Shown: positions 20,291 through 29,613 of the stretch, piece after piece | Layout of the letters: every line of letters begins with the position of its first letter | Position numbering within the stretch: the first letter of the stretch is position 1 | Origin: Candidatus Ratteibacteria bacterium | GTDB lineage: Bacteria; Ratteibacteria; UBA8468; B48-G9; DTJG01 | Assembly: GCA_049971295.1 (NCBI GenBank) | Contig: JBMFLH010000016.1 | Location: 1 to 29,670, forward strand | DNA length: 29,670 bases | Direction: 5' to 3' | Made by a program: the position numbers and the translations under genes | Notes under the pieces: generated by a model | What the model saw: only the letters and a program-made list of their open reading frames with translations | What the model was told of the DNA's origin: nothing | Database searches by the model: none

Positions 20291-20361
20291 GCGGGGTTAG
20301 TTTAGTGGCAAAACATCAGCCTTCCAAGCTGATTATACGGGTTCGATTCCCGTACCCCGCT
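20291..20361 (+). tRNA. tRNA-Gly (TCC), CCA not encoded
   Basis: Acceptor GCGGGGT/ACCCCGC, anticodon arm TCAGC-CTTCCAA-GCTGA, T arm ACGGG-TTCGATT-CCCGT. Confidence 0.97.
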
Positions 20362-20414
20362 TTTAAGTCATTTCAATGTCAATGTGAAATCTTTTTCACC
20401 AGGGAGCATCTAAA

Positions 20415-21431
20415 ATGAAAGTGGAGATACAGCAACTTCCAAAGTACGGCAGGAAAATATTATTCGAAATTGAGGCAGAAAAAGTTAAGGAAAAGAAAAC
20501 AGAAATAGTGCGGGAAATTCAAAAAAGCGCTGAGATTCCTGGTTTTCGAAAGGGGAAGGTGCCTGAACATGTCATTGAATCCCGTTACAGTGATGTAATC
20601 AAGAAAAATGTTCTTGAACGTATTATTACTGACTCTTATCTCGCTGCTGTGAAAGAACATAATCTTTCTCCAGTGATTGATCCTGAAGTAGCTGATGTGA
20701 AATTTGATGATACAATCAGTTTCAGCGTGTATGTGGAAATAAAACCAGAGGTTTCGGTTAAAAAATACAAGGAACTGGTTGTGAAAGAGGTCTCGCCAGA
20801 ACCAGTTACAGAGCAAATGGTTGACGAGGTTCTTGCTGATTGGGAAAAAAGAAAAGAATTTGCCAGTTCCATCATTGACCCTGAAAAACGCGCTGCCTGG
20901 AGGAAAAAGATAAGGGAACAACTTGAACAATTAAATCAGCATCGAGCAAAAACACAGGAAGAACAGCAAATATGGGACCAACTTTTCAAAAACAGCAGCG
21001 TGGAAATCCCTGAAAAACTTATGCTGCAAAGGGCAAGATATCTTACAAGAGAACAGTTCAATTACATTGACACACAGAATAAAACAAAGGAAGAAATCGA
21101 AAAAATCGCAGAGGAAATCTTTGAAAAAATGAAGCCTGTTGCTGAAGAAAAATTGAAAAAATATTTCATACTCGAAAAAATTGCAGAAATAGAAAATGTA
21201 CAGGTCACAGAAGAAGAAGTTGAACAGGCAATCAAACAAATTGTAATGACCAGCGGTGAAGATTACCAGCAGGTTAAAAAACGATTGACGGACAGCGGAA
21301 AAATTCACGACCTGAAAGACGACATAAAAATAGAGAAAACATTTGAACTGATTAAAAATAGCGCTCAGACCATCAAAAAAATCATACTCCCTGGAGAAGA
21401 GAAACATGAACACAAAAAACCAAAGTTTTAA
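20415..21431 (+). CDS. tig: Trigger factor lacking the central FKBP PPIase domain
   Basis: Ribosome-binding signature [10 protein letters not shown] and C-terminal [18 protein letters not shown]. Only 338 aa. Located directly before clpP. Confidence 0.9.
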   Translation: MKVEIQQLPKYGRKILFEIEAEKVKEKKTEIVREIQKSAEIPGFRKGKVPEHVIESRYSDVIKKNVLERIITDSYLAAVKEHNLSPVIDPEVADVKFDDTISFSVYVEIKPEVSVKKYKELVVKEVSPEPVTEQMVDEVLADWEKRKEFASSIIDPEKRAAWRKKIREQLEQLNQHRAKTQEEQQIWDQLFKNSSVEIPEKLMLQRARYLTREQFNYIDTQNKTKEEIEKIAEEIFEKMKPVAEEKLKKYFILEKIAEIENVQVTEEEVEQAIKQIVMTSGEDYQQVKKRLTDSGKIHDLKDDIKIEKTFELIKNSAQTIKKIILPGEEKHEHKKPKF

Positions 21432-22020
21432 TCAACTTATTCCTTATGTGATAGAGGTGACTGAACGAGGCGAACGCGCCTATGATATCTATTCACGGTT
21501 ACTTGAAGACAGGATTATTTTTATAGGATTCCCAATCACAGATGCCGTTGCCAATGCCGTGATTGCGCAATTACTTTTTCTCCAGAACAAGGATGCTTCC
21601 AAGGATATCAGTTTATTTCTGAATACCCCTGGTGGTTCAATCACTGCTGGACTTGCCATCTATGATACGATTCAATTTGTAAAGTGCGATGTTGCAACTT
21701 ACTGCATTGGACAGGCGGCAAGTATGGGTGCTGTACTTCTTGCTGGTGGAAGAAAAAATAAAAGATTTGTTCTTCCTCATTCAAGAGTTCTCATTCATCA
21801 ACCATTCGGAGAAATCGGTGGAACGACAACAGATGTAAGCATCCATACGCGAGAAATGATAAGATTGAGAAACATTATCAATGAAGTACTGGCAAAACAC
21901 ACAGGCCAAACACTGAAAAAAATTGAAAAAGACACTGAGAGAGATTACTTCATGGATGCAGAAGAAGCAGTGAAATACGGACTCGCGGACAAAATTATTT
22001 ATCCGGATAATAAGGATTAA
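21406..22020 (+). CDS. clpP: ATP-dependent Clp protease proteolytic subunit
   Basis: [24 protein letters not shown] (Ser), IHQP (His), ERDYFM (Asp). Confidence 0.97.
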   Translation: MNTKNQSFNQLIPYVIEVTERGERAYDIYSRLLEDRIIFIGFPITDAVANAVIAQLLFLQNKDASKDISLFLNTPGGSITAGLAIYDTIQFVKCDVATYCIGQAASMGAVLLAGGRKNKRFVLPHSRVLIHQPFGEIGGTTTDVSIHTREMIRLRNIINEVLAKHTGQTLKKIEKDTERDYFMDAEEAVKYGLADKIIYPDNKD

Positions 22021-22022
22021 GA

Positions 22023-24410
22023 ATGGTAGAAAATAAAACACAAAATAAGAAAAAGAATATCAGGCCCTTTGTACCATTGCGGGACATCGTCGTTTTCCCA
22101 AACATGGTCGTACCGCTTCTTGTCGGCAGACAGCGTTCCATCAATGCGGTTGAAGAAGCAATGAGTACAGACAATATGCTTGTACTGACTTTTCAACGCG
22201 ACCCGAAGGTTGAGGAAGTCCGTCTCGATGACATCTATCAAACCGGCGTAAGCGCCAAACTTGTCCAGAGTTTAAGAGAAGCAAGCGGAACAATGAAAAT
22301 TCTCGTTGAAAGCATTGAGCGGGTAAAAATTTCAAAGGTTATCACTGACAAAAAATATTTTGCATGTTCCATTGAACAGATTGAAAAGGTATCAGTAAAG
22401 GACAAAGAAACTGAGGCACTTTCACGACTTCTTCTTGACCTGGTTGAAAAATATATTAATCTGAATACATCCATCCCAAAAGAATTTTATGGAACCCTTG
22501 TTACCATTGATGAGCCATCAAAGCTTGCTGATTCTGTTGCAGGATATCTACCGCTGAAATTCAAAGATAAGATTCTGATACTTGAGATTCTTGACGAAAA
22601 AGAGCGACTTAAGAAACTCATAGACATTATAAATTCTGAAATCAGCGTTCTTGAACTCCAGAAGGAAATTCAGAACAAGGTATTAAAAAAAGTTGAGCAA
22701 ACACAGAAAGAATATCTTCTTCACGAACAACTGAAAACAATTCAACAGGAACTCGGCAAGGAAACAGAAAATCCTGAACTGGCACAATTAAGGGAAAAAA
22801 TTCTTGCGGCAAAAATGTCAAAAGAGGCAGAAGCAAAAGCTCTCGAAGAGCTTAACAGATTAAGCAAAACAATGCCTCTTTCGCCTGAAGCGACAGTGAT
22901 AAGGACATATATTGACTGGCTTGTTGCCCTTCCATGGAACAGCCAGACATCTGACAACCTTGATATTGAGCATGCAAAAAAAGTTCTTGATGAAGACCAC
23001 TTTGGTCTTGAAAAGGTGAAAGAGAGAATTATTGAGTACCTTGCAGTGAGAAAAAAAACAGAATCTTTGAAAGGACCTATACTCTGCTTCGTGGGACCTC
23101 CTGGTTGCGGAAAAACCTCCCTCGGTAAGTCCATTGCAAGATGCATGGGAAGGAAGTTTGTCAGAATTTCTCTTGGAGGAGTTAGAGATGAAGCAGAAAT
23201 CAGGGGCCACAGAAGAACATATATCGGCGCTTTGCCTGGAAGAATTATTCAGTCAATGAGAAAGGCAGGCGTCAATAATCCTGTGTTTCTGCTTGACGAA
23301 ATAGACAAACTTGGCACTGATTTTCGGGGAGACCCTGCAAGCGCCCTGCTTGAAGTGCTTGACCCTGAACAAAATCATATGTTTTCAGACCATTATCTTG
23401 AGGTGGAGTTTGACCTTTCAAAGGTGCTTTTTATTACAACAGCAAATACAGAGTTTACAATTCCACCGCCACTACTTGACAGGATGGAAGTTATCAATCT
23501 GCCAGGTTACACCAGCTGGGAAAAGCTTCAAATTGCAAAACACTTTCTCATTCCACGCCTTTTGCCGCAGCATGGCTTGAAAGATGAAGAGATACAAATC
23601 TCAGATAATGCAATAAACAAAATCATCAAGCAGTACACAAGAGAAGCAGGGGTTAGAAATCTTGAAAGACAACTTGCAAGTATTTGCAGAAAGGTGGCGA
23701 GAAAAATTGTTGAAACAAAAAACATCAAACTTCCCTGCAGGGTTGGAGTAAACAATCTTGTTGAATATCTCGGGCCAGAGAAATATACATTCCTCTCAAG
23801 AGCAAAACAACCTGCTGTCGGAGTTGCCACAGGGATGGCGTGGACTGAATATGGTGGAGACATACTCTTTACTGAAGTTTTGCTGATGAAAGGAAAAGGG
23901 AAACTCATCATCACAGGACAACTTGGTTCTGTGATGAAAGAATCTGCTCAGGCGGCATTGAGTTTTGTCAGGGCTAATGCCGAAAAACTTGGAATATTAC
24001 CGGATTTTGTAGAAAAGCATGACATCCATATACATGTGCCAGAAGGAGCGATTCCAAAAGACGGTCCGTCAGCAGGAGTGACGATTGTCACTGCACTCGT
24101 TTCAGCACTAACAGGAAGAAAGGCAAGGTGTGACGTCGCAATGACTGGAGAGATTACATTGCAGGGCAAGGTATTAAGGATTGGTGGATTGAAAAGCAAG
24201 ATTCTTGCTGCGCACAGGGCAGAAATTTCAACAGTCATTATACCAGAAGAAAATGAAAAAGATCTTGAAGAAATCCCGGAGTCAGTGAGGAAAGAATTGA
24301 AAATCATTCTTGTTAACAATGTGATGGATGTTCTGAATATTGCATTGCTTGAACCAGAAAAAACAGAAAAAAACCATGTTCTTCCCATCCAGCCAGGAGC
24401 AAAGATATGA
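22023..24410 (+). CDS. lon: Lon protease (endopeptidase La)
   Basis: PLRDIVVFP N-domain, Walker A GPPGCGKT, LLDEIDK, catalytic PKDGPSAG. Confidence 0.97.
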   Translation: MVENKTQNKKKNIRPFVPLRDIVVFPNMVVPLLVGRQRSINAVEEAMSTDNMLVLTFQRDPKVEEVRLDDIYQTGVSAKLVQSLREASGTMKILVESIERVKISKVITDKKYFACSIEQIEKVSVKDKETEALSRLLLDLVEKYINLNTSIPKEFYGTLVTIDEPSKLADSVAGYLPLKFKDKILILEILDEKERLKKLIDIINSEISVLELQKEIQNKVLKKVEQTQKEYLLHEQLKTIQQELGKETENPELAQLREKILAAKMSKEAEAKALEELNRLSKTMPLSPEATVIRTYIDWLVALPWNSQTSDNLDIEHAKKVLDEDHFGLEKVKERIIEYLAVRKKTESLKGPILCFVGPPGCGKTSLGKSIARCMGRKFVRISLGGVRDEAEIRGHRRTYIGALPGRIIQSMRKAGVNNPVFLLDEIDKLGTDFRGDPASALLEVLDPEQNHMFSDHYLEVEFDLSKVLFITTANTEFTIPPPLLDRMEVINLPGYTSWEKLQIAKHFLIPRLLPQHGLKDEEIQISDNAINKIIKQYTREAGVRNLERQLASICRKVARKIVETKNIKLPCRVGVNNLVEYLGPEKYTFLSRAKQPAVGVATGMAWTEYGGDILFTEVLLMKGKGKLIITGQLGSVMKESAQAALSFVRANAEKLGILPDFVEKHDIHIHVPEGAIPKDGPSAGVTIVTALVSALTGRKARCDVAMTGEITLQGKVLRIGGLKSKILAAHRAEISTVIIPEENEKDLEEIPESVRKELKIILVNNVMDVLNIALLEPEKTEKNHVLPIQPGAKI

Positions 24411-25549
24411 TAAAGAAACGACTTTTTACACCAGGACCGATATCAGTACCTGAAGATGTCTTACTTGAGATGGCAAAACCCATCATCCATCACAGAACAC
24501 CAGAATTTCTTGAAATAGCAAAACAGGCGATTGAAGATTTGAAATATTTTTTTCAAACCAAAAATGATGTATTCATTATTGCTGGTTCTGGAACCGCTGC
24601 AATGGAAGCAGCAGTTGTAAATACCCTTTCCCCAGGAGAAAAAGCCCTCGTAATTTGCGGCGGAAAATTCGGGGAAAGGTTTGTTGAACTGGTAAAAACA
24701 TCTGGAGCCGAAGAAATTGTGATTGAGCCAGGATGGGGAAATCCTGTAGATTTAGAAAACACAAAAAGAATTCTCAGACAGAATCCTGATATCAGAGCAG
24801 TTTTCGCAACACTGGTGGAAACATCCACAGGTACTTCTTACGACATTGAAGGACTGGGCAAACTTGTTTCTGATTTTCCTGAAACATTGCTTATTGTTGA
24901 TGGCATCAGTGGGCTTGGTGCTGTTGAATGCAGAACAGACCAGTGGGGTATTGATATACTTGTATCTGGTTCACAGAAGGCATTGAGTTTGCCTCCAGGG
25001 CTTTCGTTTATTTCTGTCAGTGAAAGGGCATGGAAAAAAGTTAATGTTTCCACCTCGCCCAGATATTATCTTGACCTGAAAAAATATAAAAAGGCAATGG
25101 AAAAATTTGACTTTCCATTTACAATGGCTGTGAGTCTTGTTTGCGGGCTAAAAAAATCCCTTGAAAAGATAAAACAACAGGGCCTTGAGAATTTATGGGA
25201 AATGCACAGAAAAAGGGCAATGGCGGTGAGAAATGCTGCAATTGCGATGGGGCTTCAAATATTTTCAAAGTCTCCCTCAGATGCAGTCACAGCAATTCTT
25301 TTACCCGAAAACATTGATGGCGAAAAATTCTGTTCTGATATGAGAAAAGAGTTTGGTATGAGCGTTGCCGGTGGTCAGGATAAACTAAAAGGAAAGGTCA
25401 TCAGAATCTCACATTTTGGATACCAGGATGAATTTGACACAATCGCTGTAATTGCAGGCATTGAGGTGATGCTAAAAAAATACAAACACCAGGTTGAATT
25501 AGGTTTGGGTGTGAAAGAAGCTATGAAGATACTTTTTTCATTACAGTAA
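24407..25549 (+). CDS. Class V PLP aminotransferase (alanine-glyoxylate/serine-pyruvate type)
   Basis: LFTPGP, HHR, GSGTAAME, ETSTG, SGSQKAL (PLP Lys), AGGQ...IRISH. Confidence 0.92.
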   Translation: MIKKRLFTPGPISVPEDVLLEMAKPIIHHRTPEFLEIAKQAIEDLKYFFQTKNDVFIIAGSGTAAMEAAVVNTLSPGEKALVICGGKFGERFVELVKTSGAEEIVIEPGWGNPVDLENTKRILRQNPDIRAVFATLVETSTGTSYDIEGLGKLVSDFPETLLIVDGISGLGAVECRTDQWGIDILVSGSQKALSLPPGLSFISVSERAWKKVNVSTSPRYYLDLKKYKKAMEKFDFPFTMAVSLVCGLKKSLEKIKQQGLENLWEMHRKRAMAVRNAAIAMGLQIFSKSPSDAVTAILLPENIDGEKFCSDMRKEFGMSVAGGQDKLKGKVIRISHFGYQDEFDTIAVIAGIEVMLKKYKHQVELGLGVKEAMKILFSLQ

Positions 25550-25662
25550 AAAATGTCAAATTTTGATGCGCAACTACCAATTGGCGCAAAAGACGAAAAC
25601 TGTAACAAAAACACCCCCCGTTTCTTCCTTTTTACCAGTTATCCCACAGACCAGGAGTAACC

Positions 25663-27292
25663 ATGAAAGATTGGGAATGGATGCTCTGTGATTTTTCAAA
25701 AGTCCTGCCAGAACATGCAAAAAGCACAGGCGATTCAAGAAAAGGAGTATGGCAAATTGTTGATTATACAACCGATGATTTTTCAGGAAAACTTATTCTC
25801 GCTCAACCCACAAGTGATGCGCCTGATGTAAGAATAAGAATTCCATTAAAGGGAACTTACGACATTTATCTCGGGCTTTTTCAGAATTTCTGTGACCGTA
25901 TCAAAGTGAAATTTTCCACTGATTCTGTTTTTGAAAGAGTCAAGCATTCCTCAAAGGTAATCAGACAACAGGCGTTTGAAGAAGTGTACTGGAAAACAGA
26001 AAAATTGGATGACGAAAAAGAACTTATTATCAGGCAGGAACAAGGCATAAGGGCATCTATTGGGTATATTATGGCAAAAAAAACCACAAAAAAAAAGCAA
26101 CAGAAAGGAATACCTGATTCACCTGACAGATGATGGATTTCCTTCAAACTATGGAATCCCTGAAGGTCTTGAAGATGCCTGCTGGAATATCATTGCTTGC
26201 GGCAGATTAAACGTTGATTATGTTTCAAGAGGTATCAATCCAACAAGCATGGCTGAGTATCCCACAAAGCACGCTTCCCTGAGAAGAGACCCAGAGAAAC
26301 TTTTACACACAGAATTCCCTGCACCAATTTACAGACAGTGTTATGAAACTCTTGCAAAATTTTTCAAGGAAAACAAAAATGTTCCTGAAAGATACTTTGA
26401 AATAGCAAAAAGCGCGGGTATCAAACCACTCGCCTACTGCAGAATGGCAATGTACCATGCAAATCCACCATGGGATTGTTTTCGTTCGGATTTCTATGAT
26501 AATCATCCAGAATTCAGATGCATTGATATTGATGGGATACCGGTAAACAGATTAAGTTTTGCATATCCAGAGGTCAGGAATGAGTTCATCAAACTATTCA
26601 CAGAAGGGATTGAAATGGGTGCCACCGGAGCATCAAATTGTTTTGTCAGAGGATTTCCTTTTGTCTGTTATGAAGAACCAGTGAAAAAACGATTCAAGGA
26701 GATTTATGACCAGGATATTACAAAATTTCCAGAGACAGACCAGAAGGTAGAAAATGTAAGATGTGAATTTATGACACAATATATGAGAGAATTAAAAAAT
26801 GCTCTGAAAAAAGTGGCCGGGAATGATGTTCTCAATGTGGCAATTGTACACGCAAATGAAGATGCATGTTCATATTATGGCCTTGATATAAAAACATGGG
26901 TAAAAGAAGGACTCGTGGATATTCTGTGTCCCTATACCTGGACTTTTGAAGGAAGCCCAGAAGAAATTGATATGGACTTTTTCGTCGAAGCAGTGAAAGG
27001 AAGCAATGTAAAACTTATGCCGTTTCTTGGTTCAATGTATAATGATAATAACCCTTTGAATTTCCTGCAGAGGGCGCTTGCAATGACAAAGTATTCTATT
27101 GATGGATTTTCTTTCTGGGATGGAGTTGACCACAGAGTAGATCCGATGTTCCATATGATCATTGAAGCACTTGTCAGCAAACAGTCAATTAAAGAAGCTA
27201 TTGACAGACTTCATAACTGGCCAAAATGTCGGATTCTCGTTACTCTTCAGGGAACGAAAATTAACAAGCATAATTACGGATTGTCAATGTGA
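25663..27292 (+). pseudogene. GHL10-like TIM-barrel glycoside hydrolase, split by a +1 frameshift in A-runs at 26076-26096
   Basis: ORF 25663..26133 has an RBS (AGGAG). ORF 26060..27292 is in the +1 frame with no RBS. Removing one A from A8 (26076-83) or A9 (26088-96) fuses them. Motifs FYDNHPEFR, LSFAYPEVR, GLDIKTWVKEGLVDIL. Confidence 0.75.
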
Positions 27293-27738
27293 TGGGAAAA
27301 ATCAATATAGGTATTGTGGGCTCCTGTGGAAGAGGACGTTCATTCAAAATCGCATGTGAAGCAAGTGGTATATTGAAAATTCACGCTGTATGCGATATTA
27401 ATAAAGAAAAACTCGAAGAATCCAGAATTACGTTAGGTGCAAAGGAAAAATACCTTGACTATTATGAGATGCTCGAAAAATCAGATATTCAGGCAGTCAT
27501 TATTGGGACGCCGATGAATTTTCACGCTGCCCAGTCAATTGCTGCACTGAAAACCGGGCATGGTGGAGGAGACTTTTTTGAAATAATGGACTTTGTTGAT
27601 ACAATAATGGGAAAAAAGCTCTGCCCTATTGGAATAGACCAGGCAATGGATATGACTCTACCGGAGCTTGTCAGTCAGCAATCAATTTTAGAAAATGGAA
27701 GGTGGCTTGAGGTTCCTGATTCAAGAAATTGGGAATAA
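27292..27738 (+). pseudogene. Gfo/Idh/MocA oxidoreductase with a large internal in-frame deletion
   Basis: The Rossmann N-terminus (...HAAQSIAALK) is joined directly to the C-terminal TGHGGGDF...AMDMTLP. In the paralog 27760..28998 the same two motifs are about 215 aa apart. Confidence 0.82.
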
Positions 27739-27759
27739 AGAATTCAAAAGGAGGTTGAT

Positions 27760-28998
27760 ATGAAAACGATCAAAGTTGGAGTTATTGGAGTGGGAAGAGG
27801 AATGAGTTTTGCTCTTGGTGCAGAACACGCTGGAATGAAACTTGTGGCAATATGTGATATATGGGAAGAAAAGTTGAAAGAAGCAGAAAAAAAACTCAAG
27901 GTGAAGACATACACAGATTATGACAATTTTCTTTCACATGATATGGATGCTGTGGTGCTTGCAAATTACTTTCATCAACACGCGCCTTTTGCCATCAAAG
28001 CATTGAAAGCGGGCAAGCATGTGTTAAGTGAAACATTGTGCAACAGTACTCTTGCAGAAGGAGTAGAACTGTGCAGAACTGTTGAAAAAACTGGTCGTAT
28101 CTATATGCTTGCAGAAAACTATCCTTACACGGTTTTTAACATGGAAATGAAAAGATTGTACAAAAACGGTGAAATTGGAGAGGTAACCTATGCTGAAGGA
28201 GAATACAATCATCCAATGTCTCCAGAAGCACGCTGTTGTTTATCCCCTGGTATCAATCACTGGCGCAACTGGATGCCTCCCACATACTATTGCACACATG
28301 CTCTTGCACCACTTGTTTACATTACAGAAAAAATGCCAGTTAAAGTCAATGGACTTTCCATCGCAAGAAAACAGATAAACAGGCACACTGCCAGACGGGC
28401 AGATCCTGGTTTTGTAATACTGTGTAGAATGGATAATGGAGCAGTGTTCCGACTGTTTGGCTTGCTACTTCCAGGTCACAGCAACTGGTACAGAATTCAT
28501 GGAGAAACAGGCGCAATGGAAATTACACGGGGTCCAGGATACTTTGGTCCAGGACTTATCAGGGTCTGGCACGAACCATGGACAAGAAAAAAGAATCAGG
28601 TTCTTGAAAAAACATATGTTCCTGAGTGGCCAGAAAAAGCACAGATGGCTAATCGTGCAGGTCATGGGGGCGGTGATTTCTGGGTGAACTGGTATTTTGC
28701 GCAGGCAATAAGAACAGGTAAACAACCGTTTCTTGATATTTACAGAGGCGTTGCAATGAGCAGTGTGGGTATACTCGGCTGGAAAAGCGCTCTTGAAGAT
28801 GGAAAACCATATGATGTACCTGATTTCAGAAAAGAAAGCGATAGAAAAAAGTACGAAAATGATAACTGGTCTCCTTTTCCCGGGGTGAAAAATCAATTAC
28901 CACCAAGTATTCTTGGTTTTATTGAACCTGAAAAAGAAGACCTCGCCTTCGCAAGAAAAATCTGGAGAAAAATAGGGTATGCGGGAAATGATTTTTAA
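27760..28998 (+). CDS. Gfo/Idh/MocA family oxidoreductase
   Basis: RBS AAAGGAGG. Motifs VGVIGVGRG, ALKAGKHVLSE, AENY, YAEGEY, YCTH, GHGGGD. Confidence 0.92.
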   Translation: MKTIKVGVIGVGRGMSFALGAEHAGMKLVAICDIWEEKLKEAEKKLKVKTYTDYDNFLSHDMDAVVLANYFHQHAPFAIKALKAGKHVLSETLCNSTLAEGVELCRTVEKTGRIYMLAENYPYTVFNMEMKRLYKNGEIGEVTYAEGEYNHPMSPEARCCLSPGINHWRNWMPPTYYCTHALAPLVYITEKMPVKVNGLSIARKQINRHTARRADPGFVILCRMDNGAVFRLFGLLLPGHSNWYRIHGETGAMEITRGPGYFGPGLIRVWHEPWTRKKNQVLEKTYVPEWPEKAQMANRAGHGGGDFWVNWYFAQAIRTGKQPFLDIYRGVAMSSVGILGWKSALEDGKPYDVPDFRKESDRKKYENDNWSPFPGVKNQLPPSILGFIEPEKEDLAFARKIWRKIGYAGNDF

Positions 28999-29010
28999 CC
29001 AGGGGGCAAA

Positions 29011-29284
29011 ATGATTACTTGGATAATATTGATTCTGATTTTGGGTCTTATGATGATGTTTTTCCCAGAAAAAATTGTTGAGAACGACTGGCCAAAAACA
29101 AATCGGTCTGGCAATCACCTTGATAAGCATAGGATTAGGCATGAGGATGTCAGCATTGAGAAGAAAAGGAACAAGAGAAAAACTTGAAGCAAAAATCAAG
29201 GAACTTGAAAAAGAGGTAGAAAGTTTGAGAAGCCAGATTGCTCAAAAACAGGCAGCAGAAGAAAAAAAAGAAGAAAACCAATAG
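29011..29284 (+). pseudogene. Small two-TM plus coiled-coil membrane protein with a +1 frameshift at A6 29069-29074
   Basis: ATG 29011 follows AGGGGG and gives MITWIILILILGLMMMFFPEK. Deleting one A continues into LLRTTGQKQIGLAITLISIGLGM...KIKELEKEVESLRSQ (ORF 29075..29284). Confidence 0.65.
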
Positions 29285-29308
29285 GAACGCCGGTTTCAGT
29301 TAATCAAC

Positions 29309-29613
29309 ATGGTTTTATCCATTGTGATTTCCGTTTTTAATGAGGAACAAACGATTGAAGATATTGTCTTTCAAGTCAAAAACGCTGACACCGGAAATTT
29401 AAAAAAACAAATTATTATTGTTGATGACGGTTCTACTGACAATACCCCACTCATTCTTCAGGAAATTCAAAAAACTTTTGATGAAATCCTGGTGCTATGA
29501 CATCCCCATAATAAAGGAAAAGCAGCGGCCTTGAAAACAGGTTTTTCATTTGCAACTGGGAATATCATCATTATCCAGGATGCTGATTTAGAGTACGACC
29601 CTTCTGATTATAA
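29309..29613 (+). pseudogene. GT2 (DPM1-like) glycosyltransferase with in-frame TGA at 29498-29500 and 3' truncation
   Basis: LSIVISVFNEE...IIVDDGSTD...[17 protein letters not shown]...[14 protein letters not shown]. The family pattern then stops and TAG follows at 29639-29641. Confidence 0.88.

Noticed and set aside
19895..20418. ORFs 19895..20134, 20091..20279 and 20152..20418
   Set aside because: These are shadows of the 6S RNA and tRNA genes.
25561..25591. Inverted repeat TGCGCAA...TTGGCGCA after the aminotransferase
   Set aside because: It is short and imperfect with no U-tract on the plus strand, so it cannot be supported as a terminator, operator or riboswitch.
26088..26097. Programmed -1 ribosomal frameshift at A-AAA-AAG
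   Set aside because: The downstream ORF is in the +1 frame, so a -1 shift would not join the two halves.
885..28896. Numerous antisense or alternate-frame ORFs (e.g. 885..1577, 2728..3225, 20460..21413, 22742..23146, 28465..28896)
   Set aside because: They are nested in well-supported genes and show no recognisable motifs.
716..29500. Stop-codon reassignment (TGA as Trp or Gly) or Sec/Pyl recoding; both in-frame TGAs share the context A-TGA-CATC
   Set aside because: The internal stops include TGA, TAG and TAA. TGA is a true terminator in intact genes (lon, 13183..13467, 15645..16442). TGG is used normally for Trp. I see no SECIS-like hairpin after either TGA, and the affected positions are not Cys-like.
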